From: a virus
Lineage: Duplodnaviria > Caudoviricetes
Reading direction: 5' to 3' (one strand)
Virus record (IMG/VR): IMGVR_UViG_3300029319_000001
DNA length: 64,000 bases
Numbering within the stretch: the stretch's first letter is position 1; the number at the start of each line of letters is the position of its first letter. Below are positions 27,551 through 34,319 of this stretch, in pieces. The position numbers and the translations under genes are program-made. The notes beneath the pieces were generated by a model that saw only the letters and a program-made list of their open reading frames with translations, did not search any database and was not told the DNA's origin.

Positions 27551-27700
27551 ATGATAACACCAAATTGGCAACACCATAGTAAGAAGGACAAGAAGAGAAC
27601 ACTAAAACCACAGGCACTTAGGAGTGCTAGAGAGAGACGCAGACAGTTGATAAAGAGGCACAAGCACCTTTCAAAAGGTGCTTTTTTGTTGCTATACTAG
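27551..27700 (+). CDS. 49-aa basic cyanophage microprotein (not in ORF track)
   Basis: GGAGG SD; PNWQHHSKK...LKPQALR motif recalled from other cyanomyophages. Confidence 0.65.
   Translation: MITPNWQHHSKKDKKRTLKPQALRSARERRRQLIKRHKHLSKGAFLLLY
27642..27698 (+). promoter_or_regulatory. Early-type promoter with upstream box (copy 5)
   Basis: GACAGTTGATAAAGAGGCACA - 30 nt - TATACT. Confidence 0.6.
27662..27687 (+). terminator. Intrinsic terminator embedded in promoter
   Basis: AAGCACCTT-tcaa-AAGGTGCTT plus T-run. Confidence 0.65.
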
Positions 27701-27724
27701 ATGTATAAACAAAGCAAATCAATT

Positions 27725-28198
27725 ATGCCAAATACACCACCAATACAAATTGATGAACGACTTGTAACAACAGCACCAACTGATGTACAGGCAACTCAGG
27801 CAGATGTTTTAAACTATGCAGAATTTCTTGCTCAAATCCTAGAGCAACATTATAGACAGTATCACAGAAATATGCTACTAAGAGGTACTTCAGATTATTC
27901 CAGAGAACAGTTGGAAGCAATGGACAATGGAACAGCGAAGTTAATGAAGTTTAGAGTACAAAAAGGTAAGAGATATCTCAAGGTTATTCAAGTTGAGTTC
28001 GATACATTTCAAAATAGAAATGAGTACAGAGACGGTTCAGTACATGCATTTATAGACAAGAATACAGGCGATGTATATAAACCTGCAAGTTGGAAATCCC
28101 CTGCAAAGCATGTCAGATACAACTTACTTGACCCCAAATCTCGTGAGTATTGCTACAAAGTTGCAGATTGGGTTGGTTCATATCTCTATCTAAGATAA
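27725..28198 (+). CDS. Conserved phage hypothetical protein
   Basis: SVHAFIDKNTGDVYKPASWKSPAKHVRYNL motif; likely start 27725. Confidence 0.7.
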   Translation: MPNTPPIQIDERLVTTAPTDVQATQADVLNYAEFLAQILEQHYRQYHRNMLLRGTSDYSREQLEAMDNGTAKLMKFRVQKGKRYLKVIQVEFDTFQNRNEYRDGSVHAFIDKNTGDVYKPASWKSPAKHVRYNLLDPKSREYCYKVADWVGSYLYLR

Positions 28199-28248
28199 TG
28201 CAAATAACAACAATTACAAAACAACAATTTATCAACGGAGATTTTAAA

Positions 28249-28446
28249 ATGAACAATCTTGACCTTTTGAGTGATGTACTAGAGGATTTTTGCACTAAGC
28301 ATAATATACCATTCATGAGTGCTGATGACATAATAACAGCACACATATATGCAGAAATCCCATCATTAACTCAGTATCAACAAAAATGGTTAGAGAATTA
28401 CATCCAAGTGTGGGATTTAACTCAAGATCAGGGGAATGTATCATGA
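28249..28446 (+). CDS. Hypothetical early protein
   Basis: GGAG SD before ATG 28249, preferred to 28150. Confidence 0.6.
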   Translation: MNNLDLLSDVLEDFCTKHNIPFMSADDIITAHIYAEIPSLTQYQQKWLENYIQVWDLTQDQGNVS

Positions 28447-28507
28447 TGCCAGTTGTAATTTTCTTTTTAATCGTTTTCAGTATCCAATTAGCAAGTGATG
28501 TATGGTC

Positions 28508-28720
28508 ATGAACAGAACAATTATTAATTACACATTCCAAATAGAATGTGACAGCGATGATGCACCAAACCCAGTTCATTTATGTGAGGAAATTCAAGCA
28601 TATTTGAATTCTGGTTATCATTATGATGAACCATTTGAAATGGTAGAAAAAGCAGAAGTAAAAGGATATCATGTTAAAAGAGACGAGTTCAACCCATTTT
28701 ATGCACAGGAGAATTATTAA
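28508..28720 (+). CDS. Acidic hypothetical protein
   Basis: In the chain of coupled ORFs. Confidence 0.55.
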   Translation: MNRTIINYTFQIECDSDDAPNPVHLCEEIQAYLNSGYHYDEPFEMVEKAEVKGYHVKRDEFNPFYAQENY

Positions 28721-28977
28721 TGGACAAAGCACTAATTAATGAACTAAAATCTTTTTTAGTTGAGCGAGTGGTTGATAATATGTCAACCGAGGACTTAGTA
28801 TCATATGTTACAGCAGACCTTGATGACATGTATAAAAACATGTCGGATGCTGAATTTATCAATGATGCTCAAAACTATTGGGAAGATCACTTTGGCGAAG
28901 TTGTTGATGAAATTCAAGATTATATCAAGTGTGATTTCAAAAGACCATTAAGAGAATCATTCGAGGAGACAAACTAA
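28720..28977 (+). CDS. Acidic helical hypothetical protein
   Basis: TAATG coupling. Confidence 0.6.
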   Translation: MDKALINELKSFLVERVVDNMSTEDLVSYVTADLDDMYKNMSDAEFINDAQNYWEDHFGEVVDEIQDYIKCDFKRPLRESFEETN

Positions 28978-29168
28978 TGACATTCGACTCAGAACACTAC
29001 TATGCAGTTCAATCATTTTTAAATGATGATGAACTATGTAAGATATGGAACATTATCGAAATTGCTATGAACAGAGAAGGTTACGATGTAGAAAACTCAG
29101 AACTTTCGATGAGACTATACGATGATGAACTAACAGAAAATGTTGAATATGATATGGGTATAACATAA
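28977..29168 (+). CDS. Acidic hypothetical protein
   Basis: TAATG coupling. Confidence 0.55.
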   Translation: MTFDSEHYYAVQSFLNDDELCKIWNIIEIAMNREGYDVENSELSMRLYDDELTENVEYDMGIT

Positions 29169-29356
29169 TGGCATTAAAGATGGACAAAGACCTTAAAAAG
29201 TTGATGAAAAAGTATGATTTCAAACTTGAAAAGGTTGGCAAACACTATACTTGGCATGGGGCAAATGGTGCTATAATAGTAACATCCAAAACACCAGGAA
29301 AAGCAAGATATCTCAAGGAGATAGAATGCAACATTCGTAAACAACTCAGCAATTAA
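29168..29356 (+). CDS. HicA-like small basic protein
   Basis: 62 aa; LKKLMKKYDF-LEK-GKHY-W...IIVTSKTP...LKEIE pattern fits the HicA alpha-beta-beta-beta-alpha fold with a His after beta1. Confidence 0.5.
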   Translation: MALKMDKDLKKLMKKYDFKLEKVGKHYTWHGANGAIIVTSKTPGKARYLKEIECNIRKQLSN

Positions 29357-29360
29357 TCTC

Positions 29361-29579
29361 ATGAACAAAAAGCAATTTTTCCCATCACATTCTGAATCTA
29401 TCGATGTAGGATATATGACCTACCTTGATTTACTAACAGAGTTACAAAATTTAGATGAAGATAGACTTTTAGATGTTGTTACGGTCTATGATACACTAGA
29501 CGATGTATTTTTACCAGTTGGTAGGATTATAACAAATAATCATAATGAGAAGATCGGAAGCACATGTTTAGAGGTATGA
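29361..29579 (+). CDS. Hypothetical early protein
   Basis: 72-aa ORF in the coupled chain. Confidence 0.55.
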   Translation: MNKKQFFPSHSESIDVGYMTYLDLLTELQNLDEDRLLDVVTVYDTLDDVFLPVGRIITNNHNEKIGSTCLEV

Positions 29580-29633
29580 CAGTTTAATTAGTGTCTACAA
29601 ATGCATGTTTTTGGTCAGATCATTTATTATAAT
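29578..29633 (+). promoter_or_regulatory. Early-type promoter with upstream box (copy 6)
   Basis: GACAGTTTAATTAGTGTCTAC - 29 nt - TATAAT. Confidence 0.75.
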
Positions 29634-29640
29634 AGATGTA

Positions 29641-29713
29641 TAGGACAGAGGAAAGGTTTACGCCCCAACCGAGATAATTTCAAAGGAAAGGTTACCGCCC
29701 CAACCGAGTCCTA
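29641..29713 (+). ncRNA. Candidate structured leader/sRNA with two 25-nt repeats
   Basis: TAGGAC/GTCCTA closing stem; repeats 29649-73 and 29684-708 are 23/25 identical, each with a GGTT/AACC stem and a CGCCCC loop. Confidence 0.55.
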
Positions 29714-29740
29714 AAATCTATTCAATTTAATTCAAAAACT

Positions 29741-29929
29741 ATGCGAAAAGGATTAAACATCGAAGTCACTAACTCTCAATATGACTTCCTTTATGACCTC
29801 GTGATGATGGCATATGAGTTAGATATCCCAGAGCAAAAAGGTTGGGATATGCAAACTTTCGACAATCTTGTTGATAATGTATGCCAAGCAACAGAGACTA
29901 ATTTATCAAACAATGTAAGAGGAGTTTAA
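29741..29929 (+). CDS. Hypothetical early protein
   Basis: First ORF after the repeat leader. Confidence 0.6.
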   Translation: MRKGLNIEVTNSQYDFLYDLVMMAYELDIPEQKGWDMQTFDNLVDNVCQATETNLSNNVRGV

Positions 29930-29930
29930 A

Positions 29931-30125
29931 ATGAATTACAGAATGACTAAAAAACAAGCAGTTCAGCAATTTAGATGGGATTGGTCAGATTTTGTACAAA
30001 GCAATCCATCATATAGAGGAGACAGTATTGCTAAACGATGTGCATTTAACGATTATGTTGACTCACTCAATAAAGACGGATTAGTAACAGATTATCAAGC
30101 ATACAACTGGAGCAACCCATTCTAA
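29931..30125 (+). CDS. Hypothetical early protein
   Basis: GGAG SD; aromatic-rich 64 aa. Confidence 0.6.
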   Translation: MNYRMTKKQAVQQFRWDWSDFVQSNPSYRGDSIAKRCAFNDYVDSLNKDGLVTDYQAYNWSNPF

Positions 30126-30271
30126 TGAACATTCAAGAAGAAATCTTTGACCAAATCGAAGAACTAAACACTAGTTTAAGAGAATTAAATGATGGCGATT
30201 TAGTAGAATGTAGATCAGCATTAATTGATCGCACTAACATAATCATGCAACTATTAGAGGAACTTTCATGA
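30125..30271 (+). CDS. 48-aa acidic coiled-coil protein (not in ORF track)
   Basis: MNIQEEIFDQIEELN...; coupled at both ends. Confidence 0.55.
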   Translation: MNIQEEIFDQIEELNTSLRELNDGDLVECRSALIDRTNIIMQLLEELS

Positions 30272-30528
30272 AATTCTATAATGTACAATCTAGAATAACC
30301 AAGGATAACCCAGTTCAATCAGAACATTTTGGTAGGCATTTTTGGTTAGATGATGAGCAAGAATTGATGAGTTGCCCATCATTCAACGATGATACCGCAG
30401 ATTTTAACAATGCTGATTATGTATCAGAGTGGACAGACCTCGAAGGTTTAGACCTAGGAAAATTGTTAGAAGTTTATAAAACTCTCATCAATCATGATAA
30501 TTATATTGATGAACTAAGCAATGTGTAA
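30268..30528 (+). CDS. Acidic hypothetical protein
   Basis: ATGA overlap. Confidence 0.6.
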   Translation: MKFYNVQSRITKDNPVQSEHFGRHFWLDDEQELMSCPSFNDDTADFNNADYVSEWTDLEGLDLGKLLEVYKTLINHDNYIDELSNV

Positions 30529-30706
30529 ACAATTTATTAACCCTAAAATCATGAAACTAAAACCAAAAACAATTAAAGTAGAATTCACATTTGATGAATT
30601 ATATCAAATGAACAAATTGTATGAGACAATGTTAGATATGGATATGACAGAAGACCTACCCAAGGAAATTGAAACTAGTTTTGATAAAATTCGAGAGGCA
30701 AAGTAG
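30521..30706 (+). CDS. Hypothetical protein
   Basis: 61 aa; may start at a downstream ATG. Confidence 0.5.
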   Translation: MCKQFINPKIMKLKPKTIKVEFTFDELYQMNKLYETMLDMDMTEDLPKEIETSFDKIREAK

Positions 30707-30761
30707 ACAGTTTAATTAGTGTCTACTCATGCCTGTTTTTGGTATCATTATCCATTATAAT
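30703..30761 (+). promoter_or_regulatory. Early-type promoter with upstream box (copy 7)
   Basis: GTAGACAGTTTAATTAGTGTCTAC - 29 nt - TATAAT; box identical to copy 6. Confidence 0.75.
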
Positions 30762-30789
30762 AGTAGTATAAACAAAGGAAATCGAAATT

Positions 30790-31008
30790 ATGAACAAAAC
30801 TCAAACAGTTATGAACCGAATCGTACAAGTTGACAACTTTCAGAATATGGCATGTTGTTGTGCAAACTGGGCAGAGTTCGTACAAGAATTAGCAGAGTGG
30901 GGTGTTGACGGTTGTGCTAAGATAGATTTTGATGATGCTGACCTAGATGTTGCTAGACTAGATGCTTTCATACATGCAGAAAACGGATATGTAAGGGAGG
31001 TTGCATAA
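30790..31008 (+). CDS. Hypothetical early protein
   Basis: First ORF after promoter, A-rich leader. Confidence 0.65.
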   Translation: MNKTQTVMNRIVQVDNFQNMACCCANWAEFVQELAEWGVDGCAKIDFDDADLDVARLDAFIHAENGYVREVA

Positions 31009-31316
31009 TGCCATTTGACCATACATCACCCTATACAGAGTATAATGATCTAATGAGAAAAGCAAAGCAATTAGAACTAGAGAGTCAACTAAAGGAACTA
31101 AAAGCAATCCAACTTGACAATTTCAAAAGAGAACCGAATCATCCTAGAAACAAATTTGATTATGCTATCATAGTTCCAAATCATCCCCTAGGATATCATG
31201 AACACTATTGTATGGACTTAGAAGTTGCAAAGCAATCGGCAAGAGAGTGGTCAGCAGATTATGGTCGAGTATCTGTAGAAGACAAAAACCTAAACACAGT
31301 TTACGCTATTTTTTAA
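31008..31316 (+). CDS. Hypothetical early protein
   Basis: TAATG coupling. Confidence 0.6.
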   Translation: MPFDHTSPYTEYNDLMRKAKQLELESQLKELKAIQLDNFKREPNHPRNKFDYAIIVPNHPLGYHEHYCMDLEVAKQSAREWSADYGRVSVEDKNLNTVYAIF

Positions 31317-31318
31317 TC

Positions 31319-31516
31319 ATGACAGAACAACAATCACTAGAGTGGGATGCCAAAATAGTTATGGAACAAATACACATGGCAGAGTCTAGGCATATGCAGA
31401 TGGGGGCATTATGTTCCTATCTACTTCAATATCCTGATATGACAATCAGAGACTTTTTTACAATGTCAGCAAAAGAGATCAGAGAAGAAGAGGAGGAACT
31501 AGGTTATTATGAGTAA
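31319..31516 (+). CDS. Hypothetical early protein
   Basis: ATG 31319 just after the previous stop is preferred to 31208. Confidence 0.55.
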   Translation: MTEQQSLEWDAKIVMEQIHMAESRHMQMGALCSYLLQYPDMTIRDFFTMSAKEIREEEEELGYYE

Positions 31517-31691
31517 TATACAAAACGAGATCATACTTGAAAATCTATATGATGAAGTATGGATAGAATATAGAGACAAGAATAATTTAACTGATGACCA
31601 GTTATATGCACTTGAGCAAAATTCTATTAATGGTATTATACCAGAGATAGAAGCAGAAACTACCAGAAGATTTGATGATATGTGCCAATAA
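31509..31691 (+). CDS. Acidic hypothetical protein
   Basis: 60 aa, coupled. Confidence 0.55.
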   Translation: MSNIQNEIILENLYDEVWIEYRDKNNLTDDQLYALEQNSINGIIPEIEAETTRRFDDMCQ

Positions 31692-31740
31692 TATTAGTGT
31701 CACAACAAAACCCCATTCGGGGTTTTTTATTGGTTATAAT
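31684..31740 (+). promoter_or_regulatory. Early-type promoter with upstream box (copy 8)
   Basis: GCCAATAATATTAGTGTCACA - 30 nt - TATAAT. Confidence 0.65.
31707..31728 (+). terminator. Intrinsic terminator embedded in promoter
   Basis: AAAACCCC-attc-GGGGTTTT plus T-run. Confidence 0.6.
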
Positions 31741-31770
31741 AAGAGTAACAAACAAACACAGGTAACACAC

Positions 31771-32088
31771 ATGAGAAAAATTGAAAGACAAATGAATCAA
31801 GCAATCAGGTCAGGCAATAACTTCTCATCATCCAATACTACAGTTAAGCACTTCGATGGCGATGCTGAAGTTTACCTACATGGCAATCATATCGCAACAG
31901 TAATGAGCAATTCAATCATCATCAAAGATGGCGGTTGGCAATCCAATACAACTAAATCTAGACTCAATGCACTATTAGATGAGTTTTCATACGGTATGAG
32001 AGTTTTTCAGAAAAACTTTGAGTGGTTCGTATCTTACAAAAATGTAAGCGAGGACTTCGTAAGCGGTATGGAACTAGCAATAGATTAA
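31771..32088 (+). CDS. Conserved phage hypothetical protein
   Basis: MRKIERQMNQAI...VYLHGNHIA...GGWQSNTTKSRLNAL; start 31771 lies after the promoter. Confidence 0.7.
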   Translation: MRKIERQMNQAIRSGNNFSSSNTTVKHFDGDAEVYLHGNHIATVMSNSIIIKDGGWQSNTTKSRLNALLDEFSYGMRVFQKNFEWFVSYKNVSEDFVSGMELAID

Positions 32089-32142
32089 TGAAATCAACCG
32101 CTTACTTCTTTCTTTCAATCATCCTTTATCATTCTTTAAATT

Positions 32143-32397
32143 ATGTCAGCATACAGCAAACTTTTTGATTTCGTAGATTATGTTTGGTCATTCTACGGTA
32201 ATGAAGACCCATTATATCCTATCAAGGGATTAACAAAAAAGCACATCTTTGACGCTATTTTTATATACAGAGACAAAATAATTGAAGCAGAGAAAACTGG
32301 CAATCCTTATTACAGTTGGGGCGATGGCGATTCACTAGACAGAGAGAGAGTAAGGGATATCATTCTAGATGAGTTCAAACTTGAGTGGGTGGGTTAA
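32143..32397 (+). CDS. Hypothetical early protein
   Basis: GDGDSLDRERVRDI motif. Confidence 0.6.
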   Translation: MSAYSKLFDFVDYVWSFYGNEDPLYPIKGLTKKHIFDAIFIYRDKIIEAEKTGNPYYSWGDGDSLDRERVRDIILDEFKLEWVG

Positions 32398-32398
32398 T

Positions 32399-32518
32399 AT
32401 GAATTACGAAACATATAAAGAGATCTTAAAACTCTATGAATCAGGCGATGGGTTCGAGTTTTTCGATCTCAAATCTGAGTACTACTATCTACTATTCAAT
32501 CAAGAGGAGGATTTTTAA
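32399..32518 (+). CDS. 39-aa hypothetical protein (not in ORF track)
   Basis: Fills the gap exactly between neighbours. Confidence 0.45.
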   Translation: MNYETYKEILKLYESGDGFEFFDLKSEYYYLLFNQEEDF

Positions 32519-32770
32519 ATGAAAAGAGAACCACAGTTGCCCGAATTCAACAAAAAGAAGAAAACACAGATCGAAAGAGATATTGCTTACTGTATAGACA
32601 TACTAGGATTAAATAATGGTCAGATCGGCGAAATGTTTAGAGCATGTGAAGAGTTAGGTAATATCTCAGTTCAGTATTTTTGTGAAGAGTTTATATTTCT
32701 TGCCGAAATGGATGAATTAGAGAGGTATCACGATAATAACTATCTAACAATTAAGTGGGGGTTATTATAA
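32519..32770 (+). CDS. Hypothetical protein
   Basis: GGAGG SD. Confidence 0.6.
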   Translation: MKREPQLPEFNKKKKTQIERDIAYCIDILGLNNGQIGEMFRACEELGNISVQYFCEEFIFLAEMDELERYHDNNYLTIKWGLL

Positions 32771-33081
32771 TGCCTAGAAAGAGTAAATTAAGTATGGATA
32801 AATTATCATCTGGAATTGAGTATTTCACAGGGGTAAGTGCTACTTTAGTAGTCATATTTGCCGATAGTTATAATCAATATACCTTAGTCAATTTCCTATC
32901 TAAATATGAAGATGAGTTGGGAATCGCCCTAAAAAATGATACTTACCAGGATGAATACGATGGTTGGTTATTACATACCGAGCAAAGTTCAGAAAAAGAT
33001 ATTAATAGAATATGTGCTATAATAGAGGAAGATATAGACATTGACGAGTGTTATGTTCTATCACTAACTAATAACAATTAA
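32770..33081 (+). CDS. Acidic hypothetical protein
   Basis: TAATG coupling at 32770. Confidence 0.55.
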   Translation: MPRKSKLSMDKLSSGIEYFTGVSATLVVIFADSYNQYTLVNFLSKYEDELGIALKNDTYQDEYDGWLLHTEQSSEKDINRICAIIEEDIDIDECYVLSLTNNN

Positions 33082-33089
33082 ATACAATT

Positions 33090-33263
33090 ATGTTATACAA
33101 TGTACAACTTAGTCATGAACAGTTAAGTATACTTAGAGTGCTACTTGGTAATTATAAAAGTAAGTGGGCAAAAAATAATGTGCCTTTACCTTTACATATA
33201 ACAGACCTAATTGATTCAACTGATTATCAACTAAGATGCAATTTAACAAAGGAAACTATGTAG
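33090..33263 (+). CDS. 57-aa hypothetical protein (not in ORF track)
   Basis: MLYNVQLSHEQLSILRVLL... Confidence 0.4.
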   Translation: MLYNVQLSHEQLSILRVLLGNYKSKWAKNNVPLPLHITDLIDSTDYQLRCNLTKETM

Positions 33264-33472
33264 AATTCCCCGATAAAATGCGTGGAATTGTTGACTTTAT
33301 AAGTGAACAATACATAACCGTTTGTGTTAGTGTAAAGAAAAATGTGTGTGGTCATTCTTTACAACCAATGACTAAGTGTTGCCTGTTAGTTTATCCTAAT
33401 GAACAGAAACAGTTAGTGTTAATTAAGGAAGAAAGTACACTAGAAGATATATACAAACCACACACAGATTAA
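33236..33472 (+). CDS. Hypothetical protein (SH3-like)
   Basis: FNKGNYVEF...GIVDFISEQYITVCV...CCLLVY. Confidence 0.6.
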   Translation: MQFNKGNYVEFPDKMRGIVDFISEQYITVCVSVKKNVCGHSLQPMTKCCLLVYPNEQKQLVLIKEESTLEDIYKPHTD

Positions 33473-33629
33473 ACCCGTCTGAGTGTCATTTAAGGGGCAT
33501 ACATAAGTGTTTGTGAGTATATACGGAAAGTTATTAAATACCTTTTTAAATATACATGAGTGTTTTATTCTTCTCTCAGTAAATGTTAATTAATGTGTGT
33601 AAATGTACGGAGTTGTTGTAAGTTAAGCG

Positions 33630-33659
33630 AGTGTACTATGGATTCAAGTAAATGTCAAG
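33630..33659 (-). promoter_or_regulatory. Possible minus-strand sigma70 promoter
   Basis: Minus strand TTGACA (33659-54) - 18 nt - TACACT (33635-30). Confidence 0.4.
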
Positions 33660-33726
33660 TATCAGATTATAATATTACACAGAGGTCACAATTTCCTCAC
33701 AGTTCTTGTTAATTAGGCAGGGTAAT

Positions 33727-33755
33727 TTGACATCTGCCAGTTACTTTGCTATAAT
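33727..33755 (+). promoter_or_regulatory. Consensus sigma70 promoter
   Basis: TTGACA - 17 nt - TATAAT with extended TG. Confidence 0.88.
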
Positions 33756-33786
33756 ACAGTTATTAACACTGAGGTATTGCAATCGT

Positions 33787-33927
33787 ATGGCAGAGTATTA
33801 CTTAACCTTTGAAGATTATGAAGAAAGTAATAACAATTCCGATGATAATGATGACCTTGATTATTACTCTCGCACAGACTATTATGAATCACTAAGTAAT
33901 AATTATTATTGTAATTATGGACACTAA
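33787..33927 (+). CDS. 46-aa acidic, Tyr-rich microprotein
   Basis: ATG 33787 downstream of the promoter (the 33706 start lies upstream of it); 12 D/E, 10 Y. Confidence 0.6.
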   Translation: MAEYYLTFEDYEESNNNSDDNDDLDYYSRTDYYESLSNNYYCNYGH

Positions 33928-34049
33928 GTAACACAAATTGACAGTGTATTTCGTGCCTTATATGTTATCGTGGTTTTGTGATGCGGTTTAAATCGAAGGA
34001 ACCTTTGTAAGCTATAAACGACCCAATTCGACCTTGCTATATCTCTCTA

Positions 34050-34123
34050 GAAAAAAAATATCCAATATATAAAAACGAACATCAGGATTCGTTTTGTGAA
34101 AAAAAATATCCAGAATATAAAAA
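34050..34123. repeat. 26-bp direct repeat pair flanking an 8-bp palindrome
   Basis: GAAAAAAAATATCCAatATATAAAAA-like copies at 34050-75 and 34098-123; AAAACGAA/TTCGTTTT at 34072-95. Confidence 0.6.
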
Positions 34124-34257
34124 TTGCTATAAGGTTCGATCCTGTAGAGGACAAGTTAGTATTAGATTTGCCTGAGAGCATATGCAACCAGTTTGATTGG
34201 TATGAAGATACTGAGGTTAGTATGACCGTAGAAAGTGACGGAGTGTTTCTAGAATGA
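34096..34257 (+). CDS. AbrB/MazE-like small DNA-binding protein (not in ORF track)
   Basis: GTG start; LVLDLPESICNQFDWYEDTEVSMTVESDGVFL fits the swapped-hairpin pattern (x-I/L-P-x3-[I/L]x3[L/F]-G/D-W-x-x-G/D-x-x-V). Confidence 0.6.
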   Translation: MKKNIQNIKIAIRFDPVEDKLVLDLPESICNQFDWYEDTEVSMTVESDGVFLE

Positions 34258-34269
34258 AATAGGGGGTCG

Positions 34270-34298
34270 TTGACTGTGCCTATATAATCTGTTATAAT
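34270..34298 (+). promoter_or_regulatory. Sigma70 promoter
   Basis: TTGACT - 17 nt - TATAAT with extended TG. Confidence 0.82.
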
Positions 34299-34319
34299 AT
34301 ATGAAGTACATTATTCATT

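Noticed and set aside
29649-29708. 25-nt direct repeats as a mini-CRISPR array
   Set aside because: Only two copies, a 10-nt spacer and no cas genes; kept as a structured-RNA candidate instead.
19011-31704. Early box as an NtcA (GTA-N8-TAC) or CRP (TGTGA-N6-TCACA) site
   Set aside because: Half-site sequence, spacing and distance to the -10 do not fit either consensus.
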